DNA of 64,000 nucleotides. Source: Eledone cirrhosa. Taxonomy: Eukaryota. Shown piece after piece: positions 12,975 through 29,194 of this stretch. Within the stretch, counting starts at the first letter, position 1, and each line of letters starts with the position of its first letter. The notes under the pieces are model-generated. The model made no database searches, was not told where the DNA came from, and saw only the letters and a program-made list of their open reading frames with translations. A program made the translations under genes and the position numbers. The stretch covers positions 253,084,001 to 253,148,000 of the forward strand of contig OZ024743.1 in assembly GCA_964016885.1 (NCBI GenBank), written 5' to 3'.

Positions 12975-15900
12975 TACAGCGTGATAGTGCAACGCTAAAA
13001 TCACTGGGGGTGATCAAATCACCAGAGGTGATGAAATCACCGGTGGTTATGTAACCATACATTCACCAATCCTCGATAAGAGTGTTTCAATGTCGAACCT
13101 AAACAGTTCGAATAACGGTGAAGTGGAGACTGGAATGTCATGTGACAGACACTCACCCAGCAGGTGCTCCCTGGCTCAGCAGCAGGGACCTGGCTGTCAA
13201 CCAAATACTGCTGGTGTCGGAGGAAGAAGAAGGAAGGGGACCAGAACCAACTGGAGGAAAGAATTGAATAGAACTGTTATGCAATGTTACCTGAAGAGTA
13301 ACCCCAAGGAAAAAAGGCTATAGGAAACGGATGCATAACATCTGGAACGAGAGTGGTCTATTTAAATTAGATGAACAAATATTGGCCGGGCAGGCTCGGG
13401 TGATAGGAACTAATGGGTGGATAAGCGAGCTGGAACTGGAGGAACTGAGCAGAGAGATTAGATTGGAAATGGAGAGTGGAGTATGCCAGGCAAACGAGCC
13501 AGTGGGAAATGAAGGTGAAGAGGTTGAGAGAACGGAGGAACCATCCGTAGAAGACAATGATATGAATGCTGAAATAAATAAATTTGTTTTTCTATTTTAG
13601 GCACAAGGCCAGCAAATACCCAGTACATTACTGGTACTTTATTTTTATCGACCCCGTAAGGATGAAAGGCAAAGATAACCTCGGCCGGATTTGAACTCAG
13701 ATCGATAAGGGACGTAACTATGCTGGAAAGCATGTCCAACCCTCTACCGATACTGCCAATTCACCGAAATAAATAATACCTGGAACAAAGATACGGCCAT
13801 TGAGGAGATGAATGCTGACGGGCTAGGACAAGATTTAGTTGATATCCTAAACTTAGTGGTAGATGAAATGAACAATGATAGTGGGAAACCTATGAACCTA
13901 AGATTTGTAGACAGGATAAAGTTAAAAGAAAAAACAGATAAGGTAAACAAAGTCATCCCATACCTTGAGGCGAGGAGCCTTCTCCAGTGCAACAATATCC
14001 TCAAAGCAACAGCAAATGCGGTGAGGAAATTACTTGGCACAAACGCGAAAGGAAACAACAAACGAGAAAGATCAGACTCTTGGTGGAAGAAACGACTGAA
14101 TGGTCAAATCAGGGAAATGAGAAATGACATTGGGAAGCTTGAGTCCCTACTGAATGGGACACTAAAAAACATAGACACTAAAAATAGACTGGAAATAAAG
14201 TACAAAAGTAGGAGGAAAAAGCTAAAGATTATCATAGACGAACTGAAGCAACGCATTGTAGCAAAAAGTGCAAAAATTAGGCGATGCGAGAGCAGAGTCA
14301 GCCAGTATAGACAGAAGCGCATGTTCGACAACGACCAGAAGATGTTGTTTGGACAGCTTGAAGGGGAAGAAAGAGGCAACGACTTGATCCCTCAGGCGGA
14401 AGAAACTAAGACATTCTGGAGAGAAATATGGGAGCAAGATGTTTAAACATAATGACCAGGCAGTGTGGATTGAGACAGTACAAAAGGAGATTATTGAACA
14501 GGCACACCAACAAACTGATTTGAGTATCACAGTTGAAACTCTTAAGGGGCAGGCCAAAAAACTAACTAACTGGAACTCACCAGGCCCAGATGGTGTGCAG
14601 GGGTATTGGGTTAAAAATATAACATCTCTCCACCCGAAACAGACAACCATGTTCAATGACTGCTTGATGACAGGTGAGGTACCACAGTGGTTGACAAAAG
14701 GTACCACAGTTCTGATAATGAAAGACCGAATCAAGGGTAATGATGTTACCAACTATAGACCTATCACATGTCTGTCCGTAATGTGGAAACTGTTCGCAAG
14801 CATTGTGTCTGAAGAAATCTACCATCACCTCCACACAAACAACTTGTTTCCGGACGAACAGAAAGGATGCCGAAAGAAGTCCCGTGGTACAAAGGACTAG
14901 TTACTGATTGATAAGATGGTAATGAGGAATTGCAAGAGGAGACACACTGGTCTTGCCATGGGATGGATAGACTACAAAAAGGCATTTGACATGGTGCCTC
15001 ATTCTTGGATCACCAAAAGCCTAGAGATCTTCAACGTTGCAGATAACATCAGACAGTTGTTGAGCAAAAGTATGAAGTCCTGAAAAACAGAGTTAACATC
15101 AGCTGGAGAATCCTTGGACGGCGTGAAGATCAAGAGAGGTATCTTCCTGAGAGATAGTCTGTCCCCTCTGCTGTTTGTCCTTGCCCTGATTCCCCTGACC
15201 ATTATACTGCGAAAAGTGAGAGCAGGATACAAGTTGGGAAAGGTAGAGTTTACCATCAATCACCTCCTATTCATGGACGATCTTAAGCTCTTCGGGAAGA
15301 GTGAGAAGGAGTTGGATGTACTTGTTGACACTGTCCGTATTTTCAACAATGATATATGTATGCAATTTGGTATTAGTAAGTGTGGAGTCCTTGTGATGAA
15401 GAGGGGTAAATTGAGCAGAAGTCACGGAATCCAGGTACCAACAGTTGAGATGATAAAGGAAATTGACAGTGAAGAAGGATACAAGTATCTGGGTAATCTG
15501 GAGGCTGATGACATCAAGAACAAAAAAAATGAACGAATTGATAAGATCTGAATACATTCGGAGAGTAAGGAGCGTATTAAAGTCACATCGGAACAGTAGG
15601 AATGCCATAAGTGCAGTAAAATCTTGAGTTGTGTCTATTATTAGGTACAGTGCGGGAAATCTGAGATGGAATGTTGCTGAACAAAAAGAAATGGATAGGA
15701 AGACTAGGAAGCTATTGACTATCTACCATATATTCCACAAGAGGAGTGATGTCGATAAACTCTACTTAAGGAGATCTGAAGGTGGAAGAGGTCTTATCAG
15801 CATAGAGGACTGTGTTCAGATGGAGAAAAACAACCTACACAAATACGTGACCGATAGTAAGGAGCTCAGAATTGTATTGAAAGAGAGGACAATAGACCAG

Positions 15901-16799
15901 CGTACGTCCAAGGAGGAAATAACAAGGAGAAAGAGCAGCCTTCATGAAAAATCCCTTCATAGTACCTTCTTTGAGAAAACGGAATTCAGAGATCCACAGA
16001 CATGGAACTGGTTGAGAAGAGGAGACCTTAAAAAGGCTACAGAAGGATTGCTAATGACTGCGCAAGAGCAGGCCCTCAAAACGAAGTGGCTGAAACACCA
16101 TATTTACAAGGAGGAGTTTAGCCCACTGTGCAGGGTCTGTGGAGAGAGAGAGAGGAGACTGTGGCTCACATTTTATCCGACTGTAAACACCTAGTACAGA
16201 CTCACTATAAAGGCTGGAGACATGATGTGATGGGCAGGGTAATCCACTGGCACCTAAGCAAAGTAAACAATTTACCACATTCTTAGAAGTGGTATGAGCA
16301 TAAGCCAGTGTCGGTGATAGAAAACGATCAGGTGAAGGTGCTTTGGGATTTTAGGATACAGACGGACAAGAAACTGGAACACAATAGACCTGACCTGGTG
16401 GTTTTGGACAAGGAAAAAAGATCGTACCTGATTGTGGATGTGGCCTGCCCATTCGACCCGAGAATGCAAGAGGAGAGGGAGAAAAATAACCGATACCAGG
16501 ACTTAAAGTGGGAGGTAAAAAGCATTTGGAACTGCCATGAAGTCATAGTCGTCCCGATTGTCATAGGCGCACTAGGTACTATCTCAAAAGTTTTCAGGGA
16601 TGGTCAAAGAAAATTGGCCCCGCCCCGCTTTTTGGAACACTTTAAAAGGCATGCTTACTGGGAACAGCAAGAACCCTCCGATACGTCCTGAATATCTGAG
16701 GCTGCAGGTAGTGGCTTGATATTAATTTCAACAAACTTTCCAGTTAACTAACATCAATGACTGAGACTCAAAGAATAATAATAATAATAATAATAATAA

Positions 16800-16861
<62 letters not shown>

Positions 16862-16873
16862 ATAATAATAACT
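12975..16873 (+). mobile_element. R4/Dong element copy 4, apparently full length, degenerate, interrupted by a SINE
   Basis: From 13076 it aligns with window position 1 onward; same RT, knuckle and RLE motifs; several stops and frameshifts; ends in (AAT)n(AGT)n. The 5' boundary is approximate. Confidence 0.88.
13582..13765 (-). mobile_element. tRNA-derived SINE (family A) inserted in Dong copy 4
   Basis: Minus strand TGGCAGTATCGGTAGAG (A box-like) and GAGTTCAAATCC (B box); body GCCTTTCATCCTTACGGGGTCGATAAAA; TSD GAAATAAATAA. Confidence 0.85.
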
Positions 16874-17334
16874 ACATCAAAAACAGTCAAATAATATAAA
16901 TAATTAAATAGAGGTTAATTTATGGACAGAAAAGCTCGTGGTAAAATAGCGAACATACTTTTTGGAAGAGATATAAAGCCTAAATCGAGAAAAGTATACG
17001 GCAATGCAGTGCGGAATTAAATAAATAAAAAAATACATGATAGTCTCTTGAAGGATCGAGATCGTTGATTCGATCTTTAGTAATATAGTAGTAGTTGTTG
17101 TTTGACCCCAGATCAACGTTGTTCTGGGTAATTGTTTATGTCATAGCCTCAGGTAAACCCAAGAATTGTGAGCGAAATTGGATAGACCGAAACTGAATGA
17201 ATGTCCGCCAGACGTACTGTAGCAGTATTTCAAACGCCCTGTCAACTGTCATAAAATGCATCATGCAGATTCAGTTTGGCAATTACATTAAACGTACACA
17301 TTTATGTGGAATATTCAACCACTATGAATATAAT

Positions 17335-17521
17335 TGTTTCTACTTTTGGCACAAGGCCAGCAATAATTCCAGTGCATTACTGGTACTTTATTTTATCGAC
17401 CTCGTAAGGATGAAAGGCAAAGTTAACCACGGTGGGATTTGAACTCAGATCATAAAGGGCCGTAACTCTATCCTTCAAAGCATGGTGTCCGACTATCTAC
17501 CGATACTGCCAATCCACCGCT
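17335..17521 (-). mobile_element. tRNA-derived SINE family A
   Basis: Same sequence as 13582-13765; TSD TGAATATAAT. Confidence 0.85.
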
Positions 17522-17659
17522 TGAATATAATACAAGATAGATTGTGTCTGTATTTCAAGGGTTCAGCCTCGTTATACAGTGTGTCATGCTGATTTGGCTC
17601 TGTAATTACATTAAGGATACACATCTCAGAGGAACTTTATGGATTTGGTAACCACACTG

Positions 17660-18150
17660 ACAATGGGAAAACAGATGAAGTACTGGGGGACCGGAAATAA
17701 GGAACAGTTTCCTACATCCCTCAAAAGGTTAACATGGCAGAATGTTAGAACTGGGGTGGAGTAAAACCCCTATCCATACCAGGAATGGTATACTGCCAGA
17801 TTATTCTGAATCAAATGAACGAGGCAATTGATCATGCCTTCAGTGAGCAACAAACTGGTTTCTGATCCAAACGTTCCTGTGCTAATCAAATAGTTACTCT
17901 ACGACGTATCATCGAGAAACATAATTAATTCCAGGTACCACTTGCCATCGCACTCATTGACTTTACTAAAGCATTTTATAGCCAACACAAACCACCCTAT
18001 GGAACACTGTTCAAGCTTATGGCATACCATCCAATGTTATCTCAGCCATGAATGATGTATATAGTGAATGGTTTAAAGTCATCACAGGAATCCGCCAAGA
18101 ATGCTCACTCTCTCCGATTATGTCTGCTCTGGCAATCAACTTTTGAACCT
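17660..18150 (+). mobile_element. Degenerate RTE-like LINE RT fragment
   Basis: Translates to LSIPGMVYCQIILN..EQQTGF*SKRSCANQIVTLRRIIEK..LIDFTKAF, resembling the N-terminal RT domains of RTE elements. Confidence 0.55.
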
Positions 18151-18361
18151 GTAAGCAGTCGAGCGCTGAATGCCAATTACCATGGAGAAGTTTCCATTCA
18201 CAGCCTCACTCAAATATATTCCCATCTCGGACAACGGAATCGGATTCATAACTACTATGGGTGACCTATCGAAACGCGCATAACAGATCTATACACAATT
18301 GAAACCTAAATACATATATGTATGTCTGTATGCATGTATGTATGCATGTATGTATGCATGT

Positions 18362-18560
18362 ATCATGTCAGGTCACTCTTGAGTGGTATTGGTAACATGT
18401 AACCCAGTACAACCTGTCGCATGGTCGAGACGTCGCCGACTAAACCGGCAATCCCAGCAAGTCTACTTAGTGGGAAAGGTGATTTTGGATACCCTGCAGG
18501 ACAACGAACAAAACCTGACAAAGGGCGGAAGAACTTATAAGAATGAACGGCCATCCCAAA
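18362..18560 (+). mobile_element. Short interspersed repeat, probably RTE-derived and non-autonomous
   Basis: A diverged reverse-complement copy lies at about 42275-42470. The RTE link is inferred from the appearance of the ends only. Confidence 0.45.
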
Positions 18561-18611
18561 ATGTGTAAATATGTATATACATGTATGCATGTGTGTCTAT
18601 ATATATATATA

Positions 18612-19774
<1,163 letters not shown>

Positions 19775-19794
19775 ATGTGTGCATGTGTATGTAC

Positions 19795-20145
19795 GCGCGG
19801 GGACATAGCAATAATTGGGCTCGATACCTGATGGCGTGGTTAAACCACTAGGAGTGAAGGACCCATAGCCTTTATCAGGGCATTCTTCTATGAGAAGGCA
19901 ACCCAGGAAACTGAGATAACTCCGACATAAAATCTGCGGCCGAGTAGTTACCGAAAATGTTGATCTTTTCTTCTTTTCGGGTTTTAGCTACTGTCGCTCA
20001 GAGTGTGGGTTTGGCTCAGTGCACAGACTTTCCTCACTTTAAAAAAAATCTTCACGCACAGGCATTGCACGATAGCATTAATTGATAATTATTAATAATG
20101 TCATATCGTGCAATGGCCATACTCGATAACGAGGAGGCAGCCATT
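19795..20145 (+). mobile_element. Possible internally deleted (bipartite) RTE-type non-autonomous element
   Basis: GC-richer island between microsatellites ending CCATACTCGATAACGAGGAGGCAGCC, which resembles RTE 3' stem-loop ends; no ORF. Confidence 0.4.
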
Positions 20146-20735
20146 ATGTATGTGTGTATTCATGTATACCACATATACATACACACACAACAGAGCAAAA
20201 AGAGAAAATAAACTAAAAACGAAGAAAAAGACGGGTGGGAAAGGTCAGATAAGGAACAGTTAACATTTTATTCTTTTAAATTCTTTTGTAACATCTGTCA
20301 GTTGAAAAGCATCTTAAAGGTTGCTCGTTCCTTGAAAATGCATTGCACCTCAAACAACTATGGTAGCTTTTTTAAGACCACTTTTGAAATCTCCCCCTCT
20401 ACTTTCTTTGGCTGGTAATATTTCTTCTGTTAAATCTCTTTGTAGTTTCCATAAATTAGAAGCGCATATATATGGTTAGTGGATCCCTCAACAGAAATTG
20501 ATCCTCTATCTATATTGATAACCTTTTTATGACCAAGTTTAAAATATCCTTGAGCTAGGCAGTTTGTGAGCTTATTTCAAAATTACAAAGTCACTGGCTT
20601 AGAACATAAACAGAGATAGACGTTAAGACTTTTTTTAAGTTGGAAATAATGTACTACAAGTCCATCATTATTTCTTCTCTCTAATAATACGCAGTAATAC
20701 TGCAACAAGAAATAATGATTTCATTTATTTATATT

Positions 20736-20829
<94 letters not shown>

Positions 20830-21468
20830 AATACTAGAACCGACATTTTTTCTCTTTATATGTTGACTTCATCCATAATCCTCAAGTGATACGGAGTGCG
20901 CTGAAGGTCAACCTAGTGCAATATTTTCGACTTTGAAATACTTAGCAATATTGCATCAAATATTACTCTCTGTCTATGTCCCTCCATCTCTCCCTCTCTC
21001 TCGCTCTCTCTTATTCTAATAGTCCTTTGAAATTGAAAGGGTACCAAAGATAGGGTATGTGTGTTCGTGGGGCTTTTATGGATCTGTAAGCTCTGTTACC
21101 TTCGTGCTAGTTGGCTATTTGTTTAGGTAGTTGAGTAGCTGAGTGGTTGTTGGTTTGATGAGGCAGAGGGTGCGGAGGAGATGTGGTGGAGTATGATGGT
21201 GTTTTGATTATTCGAATATGCGTATTATATATATATGTGTGTGTATATATATATGTATGTATGTATGTATACACACACATACACGCACACCCACACACAC
21301 ACGCGCGCGCACATATATATATTATGTATGTATAATAAATAGAGAAAAGAATAGAGAATAGGTGAATGGCTGTATATATGAAAGAATAAAGGACTGACCG
21401 AAATAAAATAGAGTGAAAGGAATATACAAGGATATAGACAGATGGATATGAATATATATATATATATG

Positions 21469-21663
21469 GGAACAAGTATGACCCCGACGGCAGAGCTTAA
21501 GCCGTTTCGAAGGGTATTTCTATTTCTGGACAGAAATAGCCGTCGAAACGACGTGAGCTCTGCCGTCGGGGTCATACTTGTTCCTATTACCCACTCTACT
21601 ACACTAAGTATTGAGTACTTTGGTGCGTTATGGTCCATCTGGTTCCTTACCACAATTCCTTCG

Positions 21664-21666
<3 letters not shown>
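21469..21666 (+). mobile_element. Short fold-back element (family H) carrying the 3' half of an HHR, in (TA)n
   Basis: Hairpin 21469-21584 plus a unique tail; further copies at 50174-50330 (-) and 61588-61776 (+). Confidence 0.85.
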
Positions 21667-21743
<77 letters not shown>

Positions 21744-21927
21744 TTATATATATATATATATTGACAAGTATACTAATGTGCACAGACACGCAGATACATT
21801 GCCCTTGGTATGACAGTGTGGTTTTAGCTCAATGTAGGATAACTACTATACTACAGAGCCGCTATACGTTTAGGAATAACCAAAGCGTGCTTAGAAATAA
21901 AACAATGTATATATATATATATATATA

Positions 21928-23722
<1,795 letters not shown>

Positions 23723-24245
23723 TATATACATACATAGTGCAAGTGGGAGAGGGAGTTATATACGGAAAGAGAGTGAGTAAGGGAGAGGGAGAGAGAGGAG
23801 AAAAGGGAGAGAGGGAGGTGAATAATGAAATAAATGTATATTGGGTGAACAGGTTTTAATAATTTTTTAGCTAAATTACACACTCACGGCGTTCCTATGG
23901 ACGATAGCGAGGCTAAGAATCCTCACGTGCACCACCTGACACATCAGTAAGGCAAGATGCCAAAAATGATAAGAATCTCGTTATTAGCTTACCAAGTTAC
24001 TTCGAAGATCTCGAATGTCACCAAATGAATTGCGTCTCCTTTAACTACACCCTACGATTCGCTTTGTAAATTGTGAAGGAAGCAAATATATAAGAAAAGA
24101 AGGATCTATAACAGAGGTTCTCAAACATTTTGGGCCACCCCATATCCACGTAATACATTCAGTGCCACCCCATGGCCACGTAATACACTTAGTGCCCCCA
24201 ACCCATTTTCCAGAGACACCTGCCTACACGCAAATTGTAAATAAT

Positions 24246-24425
24246 TGTTTCTACTTTAGGCACAAGGCCAGCAATTACGCAGTGCATTACTGGTACTTTA
24301 TTTTATCTACCCCGTAAGGATGAAAGGCAAAGTCAACCTCGGCGGGATTTGAACTCAGATCGTAAAGGGACGTAACTATGCTGGAAAGCATGGCGTCCGA
24401 CCCTCTACCGATACTGCCAACCCAC
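24246..24425 (-). mobile_element. tRNA-derived SINE family A
   Basis: Family match; TSD CGCAAATTGTAAATAAT. Confidence 0.88.
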
Positions 24426-24510
24426 CGCAAATTGTAAATAATACATAATAAATAGAATCGTTAATTTATATATGATAAATAATATAATATATACTATGTT
24501 TAAATAAATA

Positions 24511-24664
24511 TATGTATTGGAATTTCGTGTTTCCAAAAAAATACTGTATGTTTATAAATAAACATTTAGAAAACCGTAGCTATGCAAAAATACCGGCAGC
24601 TATCGCCGGTGTATTTTTTATAAACATACCATTTTTCTTTGGAAACACGAAATTCAAATACATA
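24511..24664. repeat. Short imperfect inverted repeat related to the repeat tail at about 50000-50062
   Basis: TATGTATTGGAATTTCGTGTTTCCAAA pairs with TTTGGAAACACGAAATTCAAATACATA; shares CATAGCTACGG..GAAA(C/T)ACGAAATT with 50010-50060. Confidence 0.65.
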
Positions 24665-24882
24665 TCTGTATACATTTATGCTCGAAGTTAACTACTAATT
24701 ATAAATATTATATATTTTTTATTTTAATACATTTATATATATATGGTATGCTAGGGAAAGGATCAGGGGTGTATAACACTCCACTTATACAGCAGGCAGT
24801 ATAAGGTTAGCTCAATGTCTGAGGACAGAGCCGTAATATAATAAATAACAAAGAACGCTTATAGCATATGCATATCTTTACT

Positions 24883-24928
24883 TGCTAACATTGTTTCATC
24901 CGCACTATAAGTGGGACTCATCAGAGCA
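24883..24928 (-). ncRNA. Type I hammerhead ribozyme motif (PLE 3' pLTR)
   Basis: Reverse complement of the 28651-28696 motif. Confidence 0.75.
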
Positions 24929-25468
24929 TAAAGGTTAATTACATACCATACAAGCAATAACAAATCCAAGACATTGAAGAATGAAAGGTAATAATAGACG
25001 ATAAAAGTAAAAATAAAAATAAGGGGTGCTATCAGTCACAGTTGGGCGGGGTGCTGTCAACATATAGTTACATACAAGCATACACATGGATAAGAGAACA
25101 GACAAGAGTAGACACATGGATAAGAGAACAGACAAGAGTAGATAAGATAGATGGGATTAGGTAAGAGTAGGTAAAAAATAGGTAAAAAATAGGTGAAAAA
25201 CAGACTTATAATATATATAAATAAGAAAATATAAAGAAATACAAAGAAATACATAACAAACTTACATATAAAATATAGGGTAAGGAATGAGATAAAATAA
25301 TATAAAATTAAAATTAAAAATTATATACATAGAACATAATATAATATAATCGTAAAATAAGATAAAATAAGGTAAACTAAAATCAAATAACATAGACTAA
25401 ATTAAAATAATATAATATAAGATATAATTAAATGTATAATTAAATGTAATTAAATGTAATTAAATAAA

Positions 25469-25517
<49 letters not shown>

Positions 25518-27090
25518 AAATTAAATAAATAAATAAAATTAAAATTTAAATTTTAAAATTTAAATTTAAATTTAAATAAATAAATAAATAAATGGAAGCA
25601 AGTAAGTAAATAAATAAAATTAGATAACATGAAATGAAATAAAATAAAATAAAATAAAATGAAATAAAGTAAATTGAGATAAGATATATATTTTTTTAGA
25701 ATATATCTCTTGAATATATCAGGGGCCCACGAAGGCACTAAGTGTCACAGTTATGTGTATCACTTGACCATTTTTTTAAAATATATTTCTTGAAAACATC
25801 AGGGGCCCACGAAGGCACTAAGTGTCACAGTCACCAGTATCACTTGACGATTGCAAGGCAATGGAGGCGTCCCAGGTTGGGCAGTCTCGAAAGTTCACTC
25901 GAAAGTCATGGGTGTGCATTCACACAGTTGAGCGGTGGGGTAATCACAAACCGGTTCACACCCGGGCAGGAGTCCAATGGTCAGAGAGAGGTGCATCGAA
26001 GGAGGTAGAAGAATTCACGTGCATTAGCAAGCTAGGTGCAGGCGGGTTAAAGCAAGCAGACACAGTTGTAGCGCATACAAAAGATATATAAAAAGACAGA
26101 AGATATATAAAAAATAGCTTCAAGAGCCATTAAGTCACCGCATTGGGACATCACAAGATTGTACACATCAATATGTTCAGCACGTATATGCACGTATACA
26201 CACCACATGCATATGCAGAGACGGTATACATATATATATATATATTTTTTTTTATATATACAGACACATACAACCACCTACACCCATACACATATAAATG
26301 TATACACGGACACACACGCACACACACACAGCGTAGGACACCCGGGTCAAAGCTGATATTAAACACCGAAATACCACATTAGACCAGACCCACCACCACA
26401 GGTAATACATTCAAAATAAATACATACGATGAGATGTAGTAAAATAAAGTTGAAATCCCACGGAGATATTCATGTCCACACGTGCCATTGACCGATTCGA
26501 GTGTACACAGACCGTTAGTAACTACGGAGGGCTATCGGGGCCAAAACGTTACTTTCGGGATCATAACAACGACCGTCAATATATGGAAGGCCGATCGTGC
26601 TAGAAAGACTACAACCCCGGGTAAGAGCTCCCAGAGGTCAGCCTGTAGATCTTGAACCACAGAATATGAGGGCAACACGTACATGCGCCACGTATCCACT
26701 GCTTACGGCGGGATGGCACGGGTCCGCCCACAGTTACAGGCTAAATTTCTACTAGTGCAGCCTAAATCGCAGTACACGCTTTACATAAATACATTACATC
26801 ACAACTCATGCGCATACAGAGGTACAGATCAACAAGATATACGTCAGGATAGGTCCACCAATGCACCAATGGTGGGTAGGCCAGCGTGGATGGGTTACAT
26901 CCACTGTGCCAAACAGGGGTGCTTATTAACATACACTCCCCTGCACACCCCAATATCCAGATCAATATCCTCCCACAGGCATACGTATACATTCACCGAC
27001 TCGTATACATAGACGACCAACAATAGGAGACAGTTACACACAGTCAGAGACAGTTACACAAGACAGCCCAACTGGAGGAATAAGGAAGTG

Positions 27091-27636
27091 CTAGCTAACA
27101 GGTTTAAAGTAGAAGAAAGAGCTTAATATTCGGTGGGGGCAAGAGGAAAAAATTTCAGACTTTCTATTTAGTAGAGGGCATTTAGCAAATATAATAGAGT
27201 GGGATTCGGCAAGGCACAGGTTACATACTCTACTATGAGGAGTATATGGATGGGATTTAGCAACCTGCCGCCAAGTAAGTGTGTAACGTGTTCGTGCATT
27301 TTTTAAATTATGGACGTACGCTGCCAAGGAGGTGGTGTTCCTCAGTTTATTATGTCTAAAAGTGCATTGATGAGAGTTAAACCTGGTCTTAAAGGGGGTG
27401 GAGGTTGATCCTATATAGGTCTTAGTGGACGCCGTAGTTACCACATCACACGCATAAACTATGTTTCTAACAAGGCAGAAACCATTCAGGGGGCAGCCTG
27501 AAGCCCTTCTACAGTTACAACCTCTGGTGATGCTATTCTCAGAAAGATCACCACCAGTGTTTCTGCCCACTCTATCCACTACCGTGTTTTCCCCTAGGCT
27601 TAGGTTGTCCAGGCCTTCCTTTATTTTCTTATTATT
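27091..27636 (-). pseudogene. PLE GIY-YIG endonuclease C-terminus
   Basis: CNCRRASGCPLNGFC..NIVY..YIGST..FKTRFNSH..CNLCLAE..LLNRKSE. Confidence 0.88.
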
Positions 27637-28047
27637 AGTGAATGCACACCCATGACTTTCGAGTGAACTTTCGAGACTGCCCAACCTGGGACGCCTCCAT
27701 TGCCTTGCAATGGTCAAGTGATACTGGTGACTGTGACACTTAGTGCCTTCGTGGGCCCCTGATGTTTTCAAGAAATATATTTTAAAAAAATGGTCAAGTG
27801 ATACACATAACTGTGACACTTAGAGCCTTCGTGGGCCCCTGATATATTCAAGAGATATATTCTAAAAAAATATATATCTTATCTCAATTTACTTTATTTC
27901 ATTTTATTTTATTTTATTTTATTTCATTTCATGTTATCTAATTTTATTTATTTACTTACTTGACACCATTTATTTATTTATTTATTTATTTAAATTTAAA
28001 TTTAAATTTTAAAATTTAAATTTAAATTTTATTTATTTATTTAATTT

Positions 28048-28084
<37 letters not shown>

Positions 28085-28645
28085 TTTATTTAATTACATT
28101 TAATTACATTTAATTATACATTTAATTATATCTTATATTATATTATTTTAATTTAGTCTATGTTATTTGATTTTAGTTTACCTTATTTTATCTTATTTTA
28201 CGATTATATTATATTATGTTCTATGTATATAATTTTTAATTTTTAATTTTAATTTTATATTATTTTATCTCATTCCTTACCCTATATTTTATATGTAAGT
28301 TTGTTATGTATTTCTTTGTATTTCTTTATATTTTCTTATTTATATATATTATAAGTCTGTTTTTCACCTATTTTTTACCTATTTTTTACCTACTCTTACC
28401 TAATCCCATCTATCTTATCTACTCTTGTCTGTTCTCTTATCCATGTGTCTACTCTTGTCTGTTCTCTTATCCATGTGTATGCTTGTATGTAACTATATGT
28501 TGACAGCACCCCGCCCAACTGTGACTGATAGCACCCCTTATTTTTATTTTTACTTTTATTTTTATTCTTATCCTTTATCGTCTATTATTACCTTTCATTC
28601 TTCAATGTCTTGGATTTGTTATTGCTTGTATGGTATGTAATTAAC

Positions 28646-28703
28646 CTTTATGCTCTGATGAGTCCCACTTATAGTGCGGATGAAACAATGTTAGCAAGTA
28701 AAG
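28646..28703 (+). ncRNA. Type I hammerhead ribozyme motif (inverted pLTR)
   Basis: TGCT CTGATGA GTCCCACT-tat-AGTGCGGAT GAAA CAATG TT AGCA; cleavage triplet GUU; stem I extends via CTTTA/TAAAG. Confidence 0.75.
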
Positions 28704-29194
28704 ATATGCATATGCTATAAGCGTTCTTTGTTATTTATTTTATATATATATATGTATCATTTGATATTTAATATACTATTATATCATCCCTACCGCCGCC
28801 ACCCCACCTTTAAGCCTCAGCGGCGCCTCCTGGACCTTCTCAACGACCCCCGGGTCCCGTAGCGCTTACTCTGAGAACATCTCATCTATAATAATAAGCA
28901 AGCACACATCTTACATTTCGATGACAGGGTTTGTTTCAAGGAAATATTGTAACTGGACAAATCTTTGTTGCGGGCGCCATGGCCCAGTGTTTGATATTTT
29001 CTGGGTTTTAGAAGCATTCATAATGGATATTTTAATAAAATTTGAGTATTGTCTTTTAAGCGTTATTTGCCATGTAAGCATATATAGGATTTGAAACAAA
29101 ATATAAACTTACTGCATGTTAGTATAATCACTGACTAATGTCAGTAATCTAAGTGTGTACGATGCTGTTCAATAATAATAATAGCAATAATAAT

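Larger units (their letters stand above)
24745..28740 (-). mobile_element. 5'-truncated Penelope-like element with an inverted pseudo-LTR of about 1.1 kb
   Basis: GIY-YIG ORF end at 27091-27636 (-); long 3' UTR to about 24745; 27637-28740 is a near-perfect inverted copy of about 24838-25925; HHR in both arms; (TA)n flanks. Confidence 0.88.
24112..28883. mobile_element. hAT-type non-autonomous DNA element hosting nested insertions
   Basis: Imperfect TIRs CAGAGGTTCTCA (24112) and TGAGAACATCTC (ending 28883); 8-bp TSD ATCTATAA at 24104-24111 and 28884-28891. Confidence 0.75.

Noticed and set aside
12998-13051. Repeat-spacer (CRISPR-like) reading of short palindromic repeats
   Set aside because: No spacers, no cas genes, eukaryotic context.
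20270-20710. Possible coding or PLE remnant
   Set aside because: No frame gave a motif I could recognise with confidence.
27637-27819. N-terminal extension of the 242-aa GIY-YIG ORF
   Set aside because: Chance fusion with the inverted pLTR; the same peptide appears at 25742 as a mirror artefact.
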